Source of the DNA: Methanobacteriota archaeon | GTDB lineage: Archaea; Thermoplasmatota; Thermoplasmata; UBA10834; DTMW01 | Length of the DNA stretch: 36,523 nt | Direction of reading: 5' to 3' | NCBI GenBank assembly: GCA_011046235.1 | Contig: DSAX01000105.1 | Coordinates: 1-36,523, forward strand | In this document: positions 7,589 to 16,060 of the stretch, one piece after another | Numbering within the stretch: the stretch's first letter is position 1 | Layout of the letters: the number at the start of each line of letters is the position of its first letter | Notes under the pieces: model-generated | The model's database searches: none | Told to the model about the DNA's origin: nothing | Seen by the model: only the letters and a program-made list of their open reading frames with translations | Position numbers and translations under genes: made by a program

Positions 7589-8458
7589 TACGATCACGAT
7601 CGCCGCCGTCATCGGGATGATGAACGGTATCTTGTAGGTCACCCATACCTCTTCGATTCCGGCATCGCGCAAAGCCTCGAGGTCCTTTTTGAGCATCGCG
7701 CTGTCCCTGGGCTTCCTGGCGCTGAACCTGCGCCTCTCTCCGTCCATCCACTCCATTAGCCAGACGAAACGATTCTCCACGTCATCCACGGGTAGCCTAA
7801 AACCTACCAAGGCCCTGCCGGAAATGGGAGTTCCCGATTTCAAGTTTCTATATATGTAATAAATCGGCGTGAGGACCGATATTACAGCTGCGACGAACAG
7901 GACTGAGAGCGGGAAAGAGAACAGCGTATCGATTCCATCTAGGTTCGGTGTGATCATCGGAACGCCTGAGAACAGTGCGGGATACCACGGGAAGAGGATC
8001 GCGAGACAGATCACGGCCTTCGCATCCGCTCCCCCCTTAATGACGTCGAGCATGTAGAACAGCTCGAACAGGATGATCATGAAGAAGGCCACGACAGGTC
8101 CGCTAACCTCTGCCGACCATTCGATGTCGCCGTTGACGATCGTGAACAGAATATATCCGATCCAGATGAACGATGCTCCGTAGGCGATCGAAGCCGCTAT
8201 GCCTGAAGCGCTCTTCAGCCCGGACTCCCTGTCCCAGAATATGTCGTAGAAGACGAATGCGATCGGCAGCAGAGCAGACAGGGCTACAGCTTCCGCATCT
8301 CTCGACATCAGGTCCGTCAGAAACAGAGTGAGTCCGATTGTGCCGAGCAGCAACCAGGTGAAGTTAGCAACCTTCCTCGTTCGCCAGTCAGAAACGGACG
8401 CGTAGATGAAAAAGCCGAGCACCAGCACGATCCGCAGTAGGTCAATCGCTTCCTGCAC
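7553..8458 (-). CDS. A24-family aspartic peptidase (archaeal prepilin/preflagellin peptidase, FlaK/PibD-like)
   Basis: Polytopic membrane protein with the two catalytic Asp contexts: YASVSDWRTRKV in the first helix and IKGGADAKA (GxGD-like). GTG start at 8458. Confidence 0.75.
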   Translation of the reverse strand: MQEAIDLLRIVLVLGFFIYASVSDWRTRKVANFTWLLLGTIGLTLFLTDLMSRDAEAVALSALLPIAFVFYDIFWDRESGLKSASGIAASIAYGASFIWIGYILFTIVNGDIEWSAEVSGPVVAFFMIILFELFYMLDVIKGGADAKAVICLAILFPWYPALFSGVPMITPNLDGIDTLFSFPLSVLFVAAVISVLTPIYYIYRNLKSGTPISGRALVGFRLPVDDVENRFVWLMEWMDGERRRFSARKPRDSAMLKKDLEALRDAGIEEVWVTYKIPFIIPMTAAIVIVLLLGNPLFALY

Positions 8459-8478
8459 ATTGCTTAATGGGATACGCG

Positions 8479-8488
8479 ATATTTAATA
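8479..8488 (-). promoter_or_regulatory. TATA box for the A24 peptidase gene; leaderless spacing
   Basis: The minus strand reads TATTAAATAT, centred about 26 nt upstream of the GTG at 8458. Confidence 0.35.
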
Positions 8489-8533
8489 CGCATCAGCATC
8501 CCGTTCGGCAACCACCAGTAATCCCGCTGTCTA

Positions 8534-8926
8534 TCATATGAACGTGTACAGCGAGGTTTCTAATAATTCCGTGACTAATTTATCGAGAATATACGTGATG
8601 AATACCGTCAACAGAGCCGCGAATATCGCGCTCATCCATTCGTCCGTAACGGCTAGTTCCGGTATGATCAGCAGCTTGATCATGAACAGGATCACGAGGA
8701 ATGCCAATAGCAGAGCCAGATCCCCAGCCTCCACATCGGCCGCGACAGACTGCAGCGCGGGTATCAGGAAGACCGCCACCACCGCGACTACCAGAAAGCG
8801 AAACCACATCGAGGGGGACATCTCCCAGTCCCCGGACGCTATGCCAGCCGCGAAGAACAGTATGAAGACCAGCAGTATTATCAGCGCAATTGTGAATATA
8901 AATGCAGACCAATCCACGCCCCACAC
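8534..8926 (-). CDS. hypothetical integral membrane protein (130 aa, about 4 helices)
   Basis: The ORF has long hydrophobic segments (FIFTIALIILLVFILFFAAGI, FLVVAVVAVFLIPAL, LALLLAFLVILFMIKLLII, IFAALLTVFITYIL). GTG start. No family recognised. Confidence 0.5.
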   Translation of the reverse strand: MWGVDWSAFIFTIALIILLVFILFFAAGIASGDWEMSPSMWFRFLVVAVVAVFLIPALQSVAADVEAGDLALLLAFLVILFMIKLLIIPELAVTDEWMSAIFAALLTVFITYILDKLVTELLETSLYTFI

Positions 8927-8973
8927 CGCCTATTAGTGATTGATCTCATGGCATATGAATCATTTGAATTGCT

Positions 8974-9546
8974 TCATCGGCTCCTGGGCATTGCGATTAT
9001 TTCCCTGACCGAAAGATCGAAGAAGCTGTTGGAATGCGATGGCTCGAACATCACTGCCGTATCCGAGCCCTTGGCCGACCCGCCGATAGCGATGACCTCC
9101 TTCCCGGAGCCGCACGGTATCGCCCCGGCATCGGCCGCCATGAGCGTTATCTCCACGCATACCTTCATGCCCTGACCGAACAGGCCGCGGAGCGCCTCCG
9201 CGATTACCTCGACTCTCGAGGGACCTCCCAGCTTTTTCGTCATCGAGCGCTCTACACCGGAAAGTGCGTGGCTCGCGGAGATGATCGGAACCTCCATCTG
9301 CCTCAATTTCTCCAGGTACTTGTTCTGGATCGTCCACTCGCCCTTCTTCGAGAACCCGTAATGATATGTGACGACTATGGTCTTGATCCCCTTCTTCGCA
9401 GCCGCCTCCGCGCATTTCACCCCGGTCTTACCCGTGCTGCTTGCGATTACGATGTGTTCTATGCCTCTCTCGGCTGCCCTTCCGACGGCGAGCTCGATGG
9501 CCTCGTCCGTGTTCGCCTCACCCGGAGAATCGAAATATCTTGTCAT
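8974..9546 (-). CDS. stand-alone pyruvate kinase C-terminal (alpha/beta) domain-like protein
   Basis: The pattern IEHIVIASSTGKTGVKCAE...IVVTYH...VIAIGGS resembles the PK C-terminal effector domain found as a small archaeal protein family. Start is ATG at 9546 (MTRYFD) or GTG at 9564. Confidence 0.55.
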   Translation of the reverse strand: MTRYFDSPGEANTDEAIELAVGRAAERGIEHIVIASSTGKTGVKCAEAAAKKGIKTIVVTYHYGFSKKGEWTIQNKYLEKLRQMEVPIISASHALSGVERSMTKKLGGPSRVEVIAEALRGLFGQGMKVCVEITLMAADAGAIPCGSGKEVIAIGGSAKGSDTAVMFEPSHSNSFFDLSVREIIAMPRSR

Positions 9547-9706
9547 GGCATCCAACTGTATCACCCCTGAGCGATCTCTGGAAGGACGCGAGGGGATATG
9601 TCAATTTCTGTTGTAGGCACTTGACTCGTTAAGGATTGCCGCGCCAATAGAAACTCTGATAACCGAGATAGTTAATCAAACGACATATTTGGGCGGGAAT
9701 CTCTCA

Positions 9707-10717
9707 ATGACCATAGTTTTCGACGAGAAATATATGGAGCATATCCAGACGCTGGATCATCCCGAGTCTCCAAGCAGGTTGCGCGCCATACGCGAGGCGC
9801 TCGAGAAGCACGGACTCTGGAAGGACATCGTCAGTCCCAGGGACGCCTCGGATGAGGAGGTTAAGAAGATCCATACCCCGGAATACCTGGGATCGCTCTA
9901 TATCACGGGTGAGAGGGCTCTCACCATGGACACGATAATCCATCCGGAGACCCTTTCAATCGCCCGGCTGGCCGCTGGCGGCTCGATAATCGCCGCGGAG
10001 AAGGCCTGGTCAGACCGGAAGCCCAGTATAGCCCTCGTACGCCCCCCGGGACACCACTCAGGTTCTTCCTACGGCATGGGATTCTGCTACCTGAACAACA
10101 TCGCGATCGCCGCTGAGCAGATGATGAAGAAGGCGCGCAAGATAGCGATCGTCGATATCGATGTGCATCACGGGAACGGCACCCAGGATTTATTCTATCG
10201 GAGGCCGGATATCCTATACATCTCCACGCACCAGAGCTACATATTTCCCGGGACCGGATACTTGGAGGAGGTGGGAGAGGGCGACGGGAAAGGATACACC
10301 ATCAACATACCGTTCGAGAGCGGTACGGGCGATTCCAGCTTCGAGATGGCGATGGATAAGATCGTCATACCAACCCTCGACGATTACGATCCCGAGATGG
10401 TCCTCGTCAGCCTGGGGGTCGATGCGCACTACAGGGACCCGCTCGCATCGCTCAGCCTGTCGAGCTCGGGTTACGCCTCCGAGATCTCCAGCCTGCTGGA
10501 TTTCTCAAAAAGGAGGTGCTCCGATCGAATAGCATTCTACCTGGAGGGAGGATACGACCTGGAGTCGCTGGGAGAGGTCGTTGCGTATACGGTCGGACGT
10601 TTTGAGGACCGCGAGATCGACCTGAAGCACACGAAAGTCCGGGACACCAAATGCCAGGGAAAAGAGACTCTCGAGGAAGTCGTCGAGATTCAGAAGCGTT
10701 TCTGGAAGTTGCAGTGA
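9707..10717 (+). CDS. histone deacetylase-family (class II HDAC / acetoin utilisation / acetylpolyamine amidohydrolase) protein
   Basis: Motifs RPPGHH, GFCYLNNIA, IVDIDVHHGNGTQ, SLGVDAH and YLEGGY (zinc and active-site motifs of the arginase/deacetylase superfamily). I used the ATG at 9707. Confidence 0.85.
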   Translation: MTIVFDEKYMEHIQTLDHPESPSRLRAIREALEKHGLWKDIVSPRDASDEEVKKIHTPEYLGSLYITGERALTMDTIIHPETLSIARLAAGGSIIAAEKAWSDRKPSIALVRPPGHHSGSSYGMGFCYLNNIAIAAEQMMKKARKIAIVDIDVHHGNGTQDLFYRRPDILYISTHQSYIFPGTGYLEEVGEGDGKGYTINIPFESGTGDSSFEMAMDKIVIPTLDDYDPEMVLVSLGVDAHYRDPLASLSLSSSGYASEISSLLDFSKRRCSDRIAFYLEGGYDLESLGEVVAYTVGRFEDREIDLKHTKVRDTKCQGKETLEEVVEIQKRFWKLQ

Positions 10718-10736
10718 ACCGTTACTTGCACAGATA

Positions 10737-11879
10737 TCACATCTTGTGCTTCCGGCGCTTGCTGAGGGATTTCCCCCTCTGCTTTTTGACCTCTTTCTCG
10801 AGCACCTCCAGGACATCATCCATCGCCTTGAAGATGTCCCAGTTCGTGTTCTTCGAGAAGAACATGCCGTTCGATGTGGTCGTCAGCCTGGCATGTACGC
10901 TGTATTTGCTCCTGAGCCCCTCGTGGTGGTACATGGCGACATGGACGTTGAAGATGTTCGGGTCAGAGAACTTCGCGATTCTGATCATGCCTTTCTGGAT
11001 CACGGCATAGAGCGAGTCGTATATGTCCGGGTCCTCGACCTCCAACCCAGTTATCTGCACATAGACCCCCTCGCTGGGCTGCGTTCCCAAGGCCTGTTCG
11101 ATTATGTCCTTCGGTGTGATGACCCCTACCAGCTTCGCGTCCTCGATCACGAATAGTGTCGAGATGTCGCGTTTGATCATCTTGTCAACGGCGTCCTTTA
11201 GCGTGTTTTCCGGGGCGATCGTGATCGGGGGACGGCTCATGATGCTCCCGACATCTATCTTCATCGGGTAGATCTGGTGACCAATTGCCCCCTGCGTGGG
11301 TTTCTTTATCGGTCTCCAGATAGTCCTGATGATGTCCTTCATCCCGATTACGCCGACTATCCTCCCGTTGCTGTCCACCACCGGGAGGTTCTTCTCATCC
11401 AGCCCGCGCATGATGCTCTGCGCCTGTTTGACATCGTCATCCTCTCTGACCGACTCCGGCTTCGGGGTCATCACTTCTGACACCGATCTACCGCCCAGCT
11501 CCTTGGTGTCCGTCAGGATCGGCAGCATATCTTTCCTGTAGACTATCCCGATTAGCTTGCCGTTCCTCAGCACCGGAAGGTCCTTCAGACCGGAGTCTAT
11601 CATCGACTGGATGCCGTGCATGAGCGGGTCCCACTCGGACAGCTGGGGAAAGCTCTGCATGACGGCCTCCGCCTTTGCGGTCAGCGGAAAATTCTTCTTC
11701 TTGAGCAGGGTGTTATAAGTCACAATCCCGATGGTATTTTCGCCGTCGACTACTGGCAGCTCGTGTATTCCATCCGCGCTCATCTTCGATATGATGTCCG
11801 ATATCTTGTCGTCCCTCCTGACGAAGGCCACAGAACTAGACATCACATCCTTGATTGTCAGACTCCCCAGCTCGGTCAA
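10737..11879 (-). CDS. four-CBS-domain protein with a C-terminal HPF/RaiA (ribosomal S30AE)-like domain
   Basis: Four CBS-like repeats occupy residues about 8-265. Residues 271-380 read VYVQITGLEVED...NVHVAMYHHEG...SVHARLTTT...WDIFKAMDDVLEVLEKEVKKQRGK, following the HPF/RaiA pattern by eye. The TTG start at 11879 is preceded by GGGAG with a 9-nt spacer. Confidence 0.75.
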   Translation of the reverse strand: MTELGSLTIKDVMSSSVAFVRRDDKISDIISKMSADGIHELPVVDGENTIGIVTYNTLLKKKNFPLTAKAEAVMQSFPQLSEWDPLMHGIQSMIDSGLKDLPVLRNGKLIGIVYRKDMLPILTDTKELGGRSVSEVMTPKPESVREDDDVKQAQSIMRGLDEKNLPVVDSNGRIVGVIGMKDIIRTIWRPIKKPTQGAIGHQIYPMKIDVGSIMSRPPITIAPENTLKDAVDKMIKRDISTLFVIEDAKLVGVITPKDIIEQALGTQPSEGVYVQITGLEVEDPDIYDSLYAVIQKGMIRIAKFSDPNIFNVHVAMYHHEGLRSKYSVHARLTTTSNGMFFSKNTNWDIFKAMDDVLEVLEKEVKKQRGKSLSKRRKHKM

Positions 11880-11922
11880 AATATCAGGCTCCCGGCTCTC
11901 AACCGGGTTAAGTTAGTTGTGG

Positions 11923-11930
11923 TTTTAAAG
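11923..11930 (-). promoter_or_regulatory. TATA box (minus strand CTTTAAAA) upstream of the CBS gene
   Basis: About 47 nt upstream of the TTG start. This fits a leader of about 20 nt that contains the GGGAG SD-like motif. Confidence 0.35.
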
Positions 11931-12104
11931 CTTTGCTACATGGCCACCACGCGAAGTGGCTGGCATCAACAATATATATGGCATATCTATCTATGTCCTG
12001 CGGGAACCGCCGGGTCGTGTCCGTGCGGTCTATGAAGCCCCGGATGGAATCAGCAGCGGTAACTCGGGGAAGCCGGTATGGAATTTGCAGTAGGGGATTG
12101 ACGA

Positions 12105-13343
12105 ATGCCCGCTTTCAACACCCTTGACGATATCGATGTTTCGGGAAAGAAAATCCTGCTCAGGGTCGATATTAACTCGCCCCTCGAAAGGGAAACCCTC
12201 GAGATCAAGGACGATGTGAAGATCGCTTCCGCATTGCCCACAGTTCGCGAGCTGGCCGAGAAAAACGCGAGGGTCGCGATACTTGCGCATCAGGGCCGAA
12301 AGGACCAATGGGACTTCAGAGATCTGTCGCCCCACGCCGACATCCTGAGCGACCTGCTCGGAAGAGAGGTGAGGTACATCGACGACCTCATCGGGGAGAA
12401 GGCGAAGAGCGCGATCCGCTCGCTCGCGGACGGGGAGATGATCCTCCTCGCGAACCTGAGGACCTTGGACGAGGAGTCCGCCAAGCTTTCATCAGACGCG
12501 CATGCGGACAGCCAACTCGTCAGGACCCTGTCTCCGCTTTTCGATCTTTTCGTCAACGACGCCTTCGCGTCTTCGCACCGGAGGCACGCTTCCTGCGTTG
12601 GATTTCCGATGGTCCTTCCCAGCGCTGCCGGAAGGCTAATGGAGCGGGAGATCGGGACCTTGGAGAAAATCACGGAGAGTCCGGAGCGCCCATGCGTATT
12701 CGTATTCGGCGGCTACAAGTTCGCGGATGCGATACCGGTAATTCAGAACCTGATGCTGAGAGATATCGCCGATAGGATATTGCTTGGCGGCCTGATCGGT
12801 CTCGCATTCCTGGCATCCGAGGGGCATGACATCGGCCCCGAAAACGTCAGGAGTCTCAGGGACGAGCTGACCGAGGAGAACATGGGAGCAGCAAGGGATA
12901 TTATCGCGGATTACGGCGAATCGGTCGTTCTACCGGTCGACATGGCATTGGACGCGGACGGCGAGAGAGAGAGATGGGATGTGGAATCCGGGCCTGCCGA
13001 GTTTCCATCGCTCGACATCGGCGATAGAACCATCGAACTCTTCGGAAAATTGCTCTCAGAGGCTAAGACCGTGCTGATCTCCGGACCTGTCGGAGTATTC
13101 GAGCGAGAGCAATTCGCGAAAGGCACTTACTCCGTATTCGATAAAAGCGTATCCTCAGGCGCATTCAGCATCATCGGGGGAGGGCATACGACGGCCGCCG
13201 CTAAGCAGATGGGATTTGCTGAGAAGATATCCTATTCGAGTACGGGCGGTGGCGCGCTGGAGAGATACCTGACCGGAAAGCCGCTTCCGGCAGTAGAAGC
13301 CCTGATAGTGTCCGCCCTAAGACATAAGTTCATCGAGCCGTGA
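12105..13343 (+). CDS. pgk: phosphoglycerate kinase (archaeal type)
   Basis: The 412 aa ORF has an N-terminal FNTLDDIDVSGKKILLRVDINSP, then ILAHQGR, NDAFASSHR and SIIGGGHTTAA. An SD-like AGGGGA lies 7 nt upstream of the ATG. Confidence 0.9.
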   Translation: MPAFNTLDDIDVSGKKILLRVDINSPLERETLEIKDDVKIASALPTVRELAEKNARVAILAHQGRKDQWDFRDLSPHADILSDLLGREVRYIDDLIGEKAKSAIRSLADGEMILLANLRTLDEESAKLSSDAHADSQLVRTLSPLFDLFVNDAFASSHRRHASCVGFPMVLPSAAGRLMEREIGTLEKITESPERPCVFVFGGYKFADAIPVIQNLMLRDIADRILLGGLIGLAFLASEGHDIGPENVRSLRDELTEENMGAARDIIADYGESVVLPVDMALDADGERERWDVESGPAEFPSLDIGDRTIELFGKLLSEAKTVLISGPVGVFEREQFAKGTYSVFDKSVSSGAFSIIGGGHTTAAAKQMGFAEKISYSSTGGGALERYLTGKPLPAVEALIVSALRHKFIEP

Positions 13344-13384
13344 GAGCCAGGTTTTAATTGTCTTTTCCCTGGTCGGTGCATCGC

Positions 13385-14020
13385 TCAGTCGTACGGGAAC
13401 CCCTTCACCGGTCCTCCGCCAAGGAGCGTCCCTCCGAGCGATCTCGCCCGGAATATCGCCCTCAGCGGTATCCCGTCGATTTCGTCCGCGCTACTCTTGT
13501 TGACGATCACCAGCGCGAGGATCGGCTCTCCGCCGTTGTCCTTGACGTCGCTGATTGCCCCTCGTATCGTATGGCCCGTGCTCATCACGTCATCCATTAT
13601 GATGACCTTCTTTCCGTTCACGGCGGCGAAGTTCGATGAGAACGCTCCGCCTCCACCCGCGTCTCCGACGGGCCTGTAGACAACGAGGTCGGTGCCCAGG
13701 ATCTGCGACATGATCGTCGCAAAAGGAATTCCGTTCAGGGAGATGCCCAGCACTGCCTGGACATCTTCGTCGTGCTTGTCCAGCTCCTCCATCGCTATGT
13801 CCGTAAGTATCTCGGATAACAGGGCGATTCTCGTCCCGGAAACCCCGATGGATCTCCACCCGATCTTAACATCAGTGGGGGGCATCCCCTCGGTACCGTA
13901 CTCCAGGAGATAGTTGATCGTATCTGTTGCAAGGTGAAGCTCTTCGGCTATCTCGCGAGTGCTCAGCCCCTTTTTGCTGAGCGCAGAGGCCTTGGCTGTC
14001 AAATCTCTAACATCTGCCAT
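13385..14020 (-). CDS. gfcR: PyrE-like phosphoribosyltransferase-domain transcriptional regulator (GfcR-type; HTH plus PRT domain)
   Basis: An N-terminal HTH (LSKKGLSTREIAEELHLATDTINYLL) is followed by a type I PRT fold with the PRPP loop VIIMDDVMSTGHT. I used the ATG at 14020 rather than the TTG at 14038. Confidence 0.7.
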   Translation of the reverse strand: MADVRDLTAKASALSKKGLSTREIAEELHLATDTINYLLEYGTEGMPPTDVKIGWRSIGVSGTRIALLSEILTDIAMEELDKHDEDVQAVLGISLNGIPFATIMSQILGTDLVVYRPVGDAGGGGAFSSNFAAVNGKKVIIMDDVMSTGHTIRGAISDVKDNGGEPILALVIVNKSSADEIDGIPLRAIFRARSLGGTLLGGGPVKGFPYD

Positions 14021-14056
14021 TGTATCACGCGGCGGCAATACTGCCCTGTCCGCATA

Positions 14057-14974
14057 TTAAGCTTTCTGATATCGAGTTCTGGATTCGATGTATCGGATCA
14101 TCGACAGCAGAGCAGAAGTGACGGGTGTCTCGATGCCGCTCTCCCGCCCGGACTGAACGATCTTCCCGGCGATCTCCTCGATCTCCGTCCTGCGTCCAAA
14201 CTCGACATCAAGAAGCATGCTCGAGCGGTTGTTGGCAGTCTGCTCCGCGACCACTGTCAAGTAATCGAAAACATCGGGCGGGTCCAGCTTGATATCGCAT
14301 GCCGCGGCAACTGCCCTCCCTTCCATGCACACATCCCGGGCGATCGATCTCAGTGCCTCGCTTCTCACGACAAGACCGTTCTCGCATCCGAGGATCGCGG
14401 TTATCGGGTTTATCGCCGAGTTGACAATTGCCTTCGACCACAGAACCCCCTCAATATTATCGACGATCTTCGCGTGCATCCCAGACGATTTAAGCAGATC
14501 GAGCGCGAGGTCGGCCACTTTGGAATTAGGCGCAATTGTCCCGAGTACCATCTCCCCCAGCGCGACATATCGGATGACCCCGGGACCTATTCTGTGAGCG
14601 CCCATGCTGGTTGTGCCTGCGACAATGTTATCCATAGGCAGGAACTCGGAAAGAATCTCCGCATTTCCCAGCCCGTTCTGCACGGAGATGAAAAAAGTCT
14701 TTTTCGAGGCGATCTTCGCACACTCGGCGGCAGCTGACCGAGTGTCATATGATTTTACGGTTATGATGACAGCGTCATATTCCTGAGCATCATCGAGAGA
14801 AGATACCGCATTTAACTTCACCCTTTTATCGAGCACTCCCTGTATGCTCAGCCCGTCCTTGCGTATTGCCTCGAGGTGAGCCCCTCTAGTGAGTAAGGTC
14901 ACATCATTCTCCTCGGATAGCAGGGCACCAATGACGGACCCGATGGACCCCGCCCCGAAGACCAGCACCTTCAC
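14057..14974 (-). CDS. panE: 2-dehydropantoate 2-reductase (ketopantoate reductase, ApbA/PanE family)
   Basis: Rossmann motif VKVLVFGAGSIGSVIG, then ApbA-family features (VKSYDT, VQNGLGN, LWSKAIVNSAINP, SMLLDVEFGRRTEIE). The GTG start at 14974 is preceded by AGGAGG with an 8-nt spacer. It overlaps the upstream stop (GTGA). Confidence 0.8.
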   Translation of the reverse strand: MKVLVFGAGSIGSVIGALLSEENDVTLLTRGAHLEAIRKDGLSIQGVLDKRVKLNAVSSLDDAQEYDAVIITVKSYDTRSAAAECAKIASKKTFFISVQNGLGNAEILSEFLPMDNIVAGTTSMGAHRIGPGVIRYVALGEMVLGTIAPNSKVADLALDLLKSSGMHAKIVDNIEGVLWSKAIVNSAINPITAILGCENGLVVRSEALRSIARDVCMEGRAVAAACDIKLDPPDVFDYLTVVAEQTANNRSSMLLDVEFGRRTEIEEIAGKIVQSGRESGIETPVTSALLSMIRYIESRTRYQKA

Positions 14975-15930
14975 ACATCCCCCCTCCTGAACCTCTCCGC
15001 CTCGATGTGTGCCCTCCTCACTGGTTCTGGCAACCGAAATTTCCACAGCGGCTGGAGCAAGCTCAGTGAAGATCCAGTGGATATCCTGTTGCCCGGGGAT
15101 ACATAGACAGGGGAGCTCCAGTTCTCTCCCGAGACCGCAAACCCCACATGTCTGCCACCGGATAAGACCCTCTTCGTTTTTCCAGAACCGGACAACGATC
15201 CGCACAGCTGCTTCTTTGCGACCCCGATGACAGGCAGATCGAGCATTACTCCAAGATGGCTCGCGATGCCGAAGCCCATCGGGTGCATTATGCCGTTGCC
15301 GTCGTACACCAGTATATAATCGTCATCGACACCATCTGACAACTGCATGATCGCAGGGGCTTCTCTGAAGCTCAAATATGTCGGGATGTATGGAAAAGTT
15401 ACTTTCGTCCTTATTCTCTCTGTTTGTATGACCTCTCCCCCTTTTCTGTCGAGCAGCATGAGCACGGCAAACGCGTCTTCTCCATCGTATGCTATGTCCG
15501 CCCCGGCGATATAGGCGTCACTGGAAAAATCATCCTCCAACACGATTTTTTTCGAGTCATTCCTCTGTATCTTCCTGTACTTTTTAAGCGGATATGTGGT
15601 GCGGAAATCGGTGAACCGGATCTTCTCGAAATCGGCGATTTTCTGACCGATGATCTCGACACCTTCTGCCTGCAGGAGCTTCTTTTTTGTCGGTAATCCG
15701 TCGCCGCCAGAGTAGCCTCCCAGGGTGCCGTCCGATCTCACGACCCGCCTGCAGGGAACCCTGACGATGTCCTCGTTCTTAGACATCACCTTTCCGACGA
15801 ACCTGCTGGCGACCACATCCCCGAGCGCCTTGGCCACATCGCCGTAGGTGGTGACCATGCCCTCGGGCACCTGGGCAACGAGCTTCCTGACCTCCTCCTC
15901 GAGGTCTATTCCGGGGAAATGCGTCTTCAA
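14971..15930 (-). CDS. nfi: fusion protein: MGMT/AGT-type DNA-binding/active-site domain plus endonuclease V
   Basis: Residues about 10-95 read VPEGMVTTYGDVA...VPCRRVVRSDGTLGGYSGG (the AGT C-terminal domain). Residues about 125-319 carry EndoV motifs: GADIAY, YLSFREAP, VYDGNGIMHP.GFGIASHLGV, VIGVAKK, PVYVSPGNRIS. TTG start at 15930. Confidence 0.8.
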   Translation of the reverse strand: MKTHFPGIDLEEEVRKLVAQVPEGMVTTYGDVAKALGDVVASRFVGKVMSKNEDIVRVPCRRVVRSDGTLGGYSGGDGLPTKKKLLQAEGVEIIGQKIADFEKIRFTDFRTTYPLKKYRKIQRNDSKKIVLEDDFSSDAYIAGADIAYDGEDAFAVLMLLDRKGGEVIQTERIRTKVTFPYIPTYLSFREAPAIMQLSDGVDDDYILVYDGNGIMHPMGFGIASHLGVMLDLPVIGVAKKQLCGSLSGSGKTKRVLSGGRHVGFAVSGENWSSPVYVSPGNRISTGSSLSLLQPLWKFRLPEPVRRAHIEAERFRRGDV

Positions 15931-16060
15931 GATCCTCTCGCTCCGAAACTCCTATAACGACCATTTGAATAATATCAACTTCGCATTGAAACGACCGAGG
16001 CAATCTGAACGGCTGACTAAGTACGAGGCGATCGCGTCAGGGGAGTCATCGCCTAGGTAT

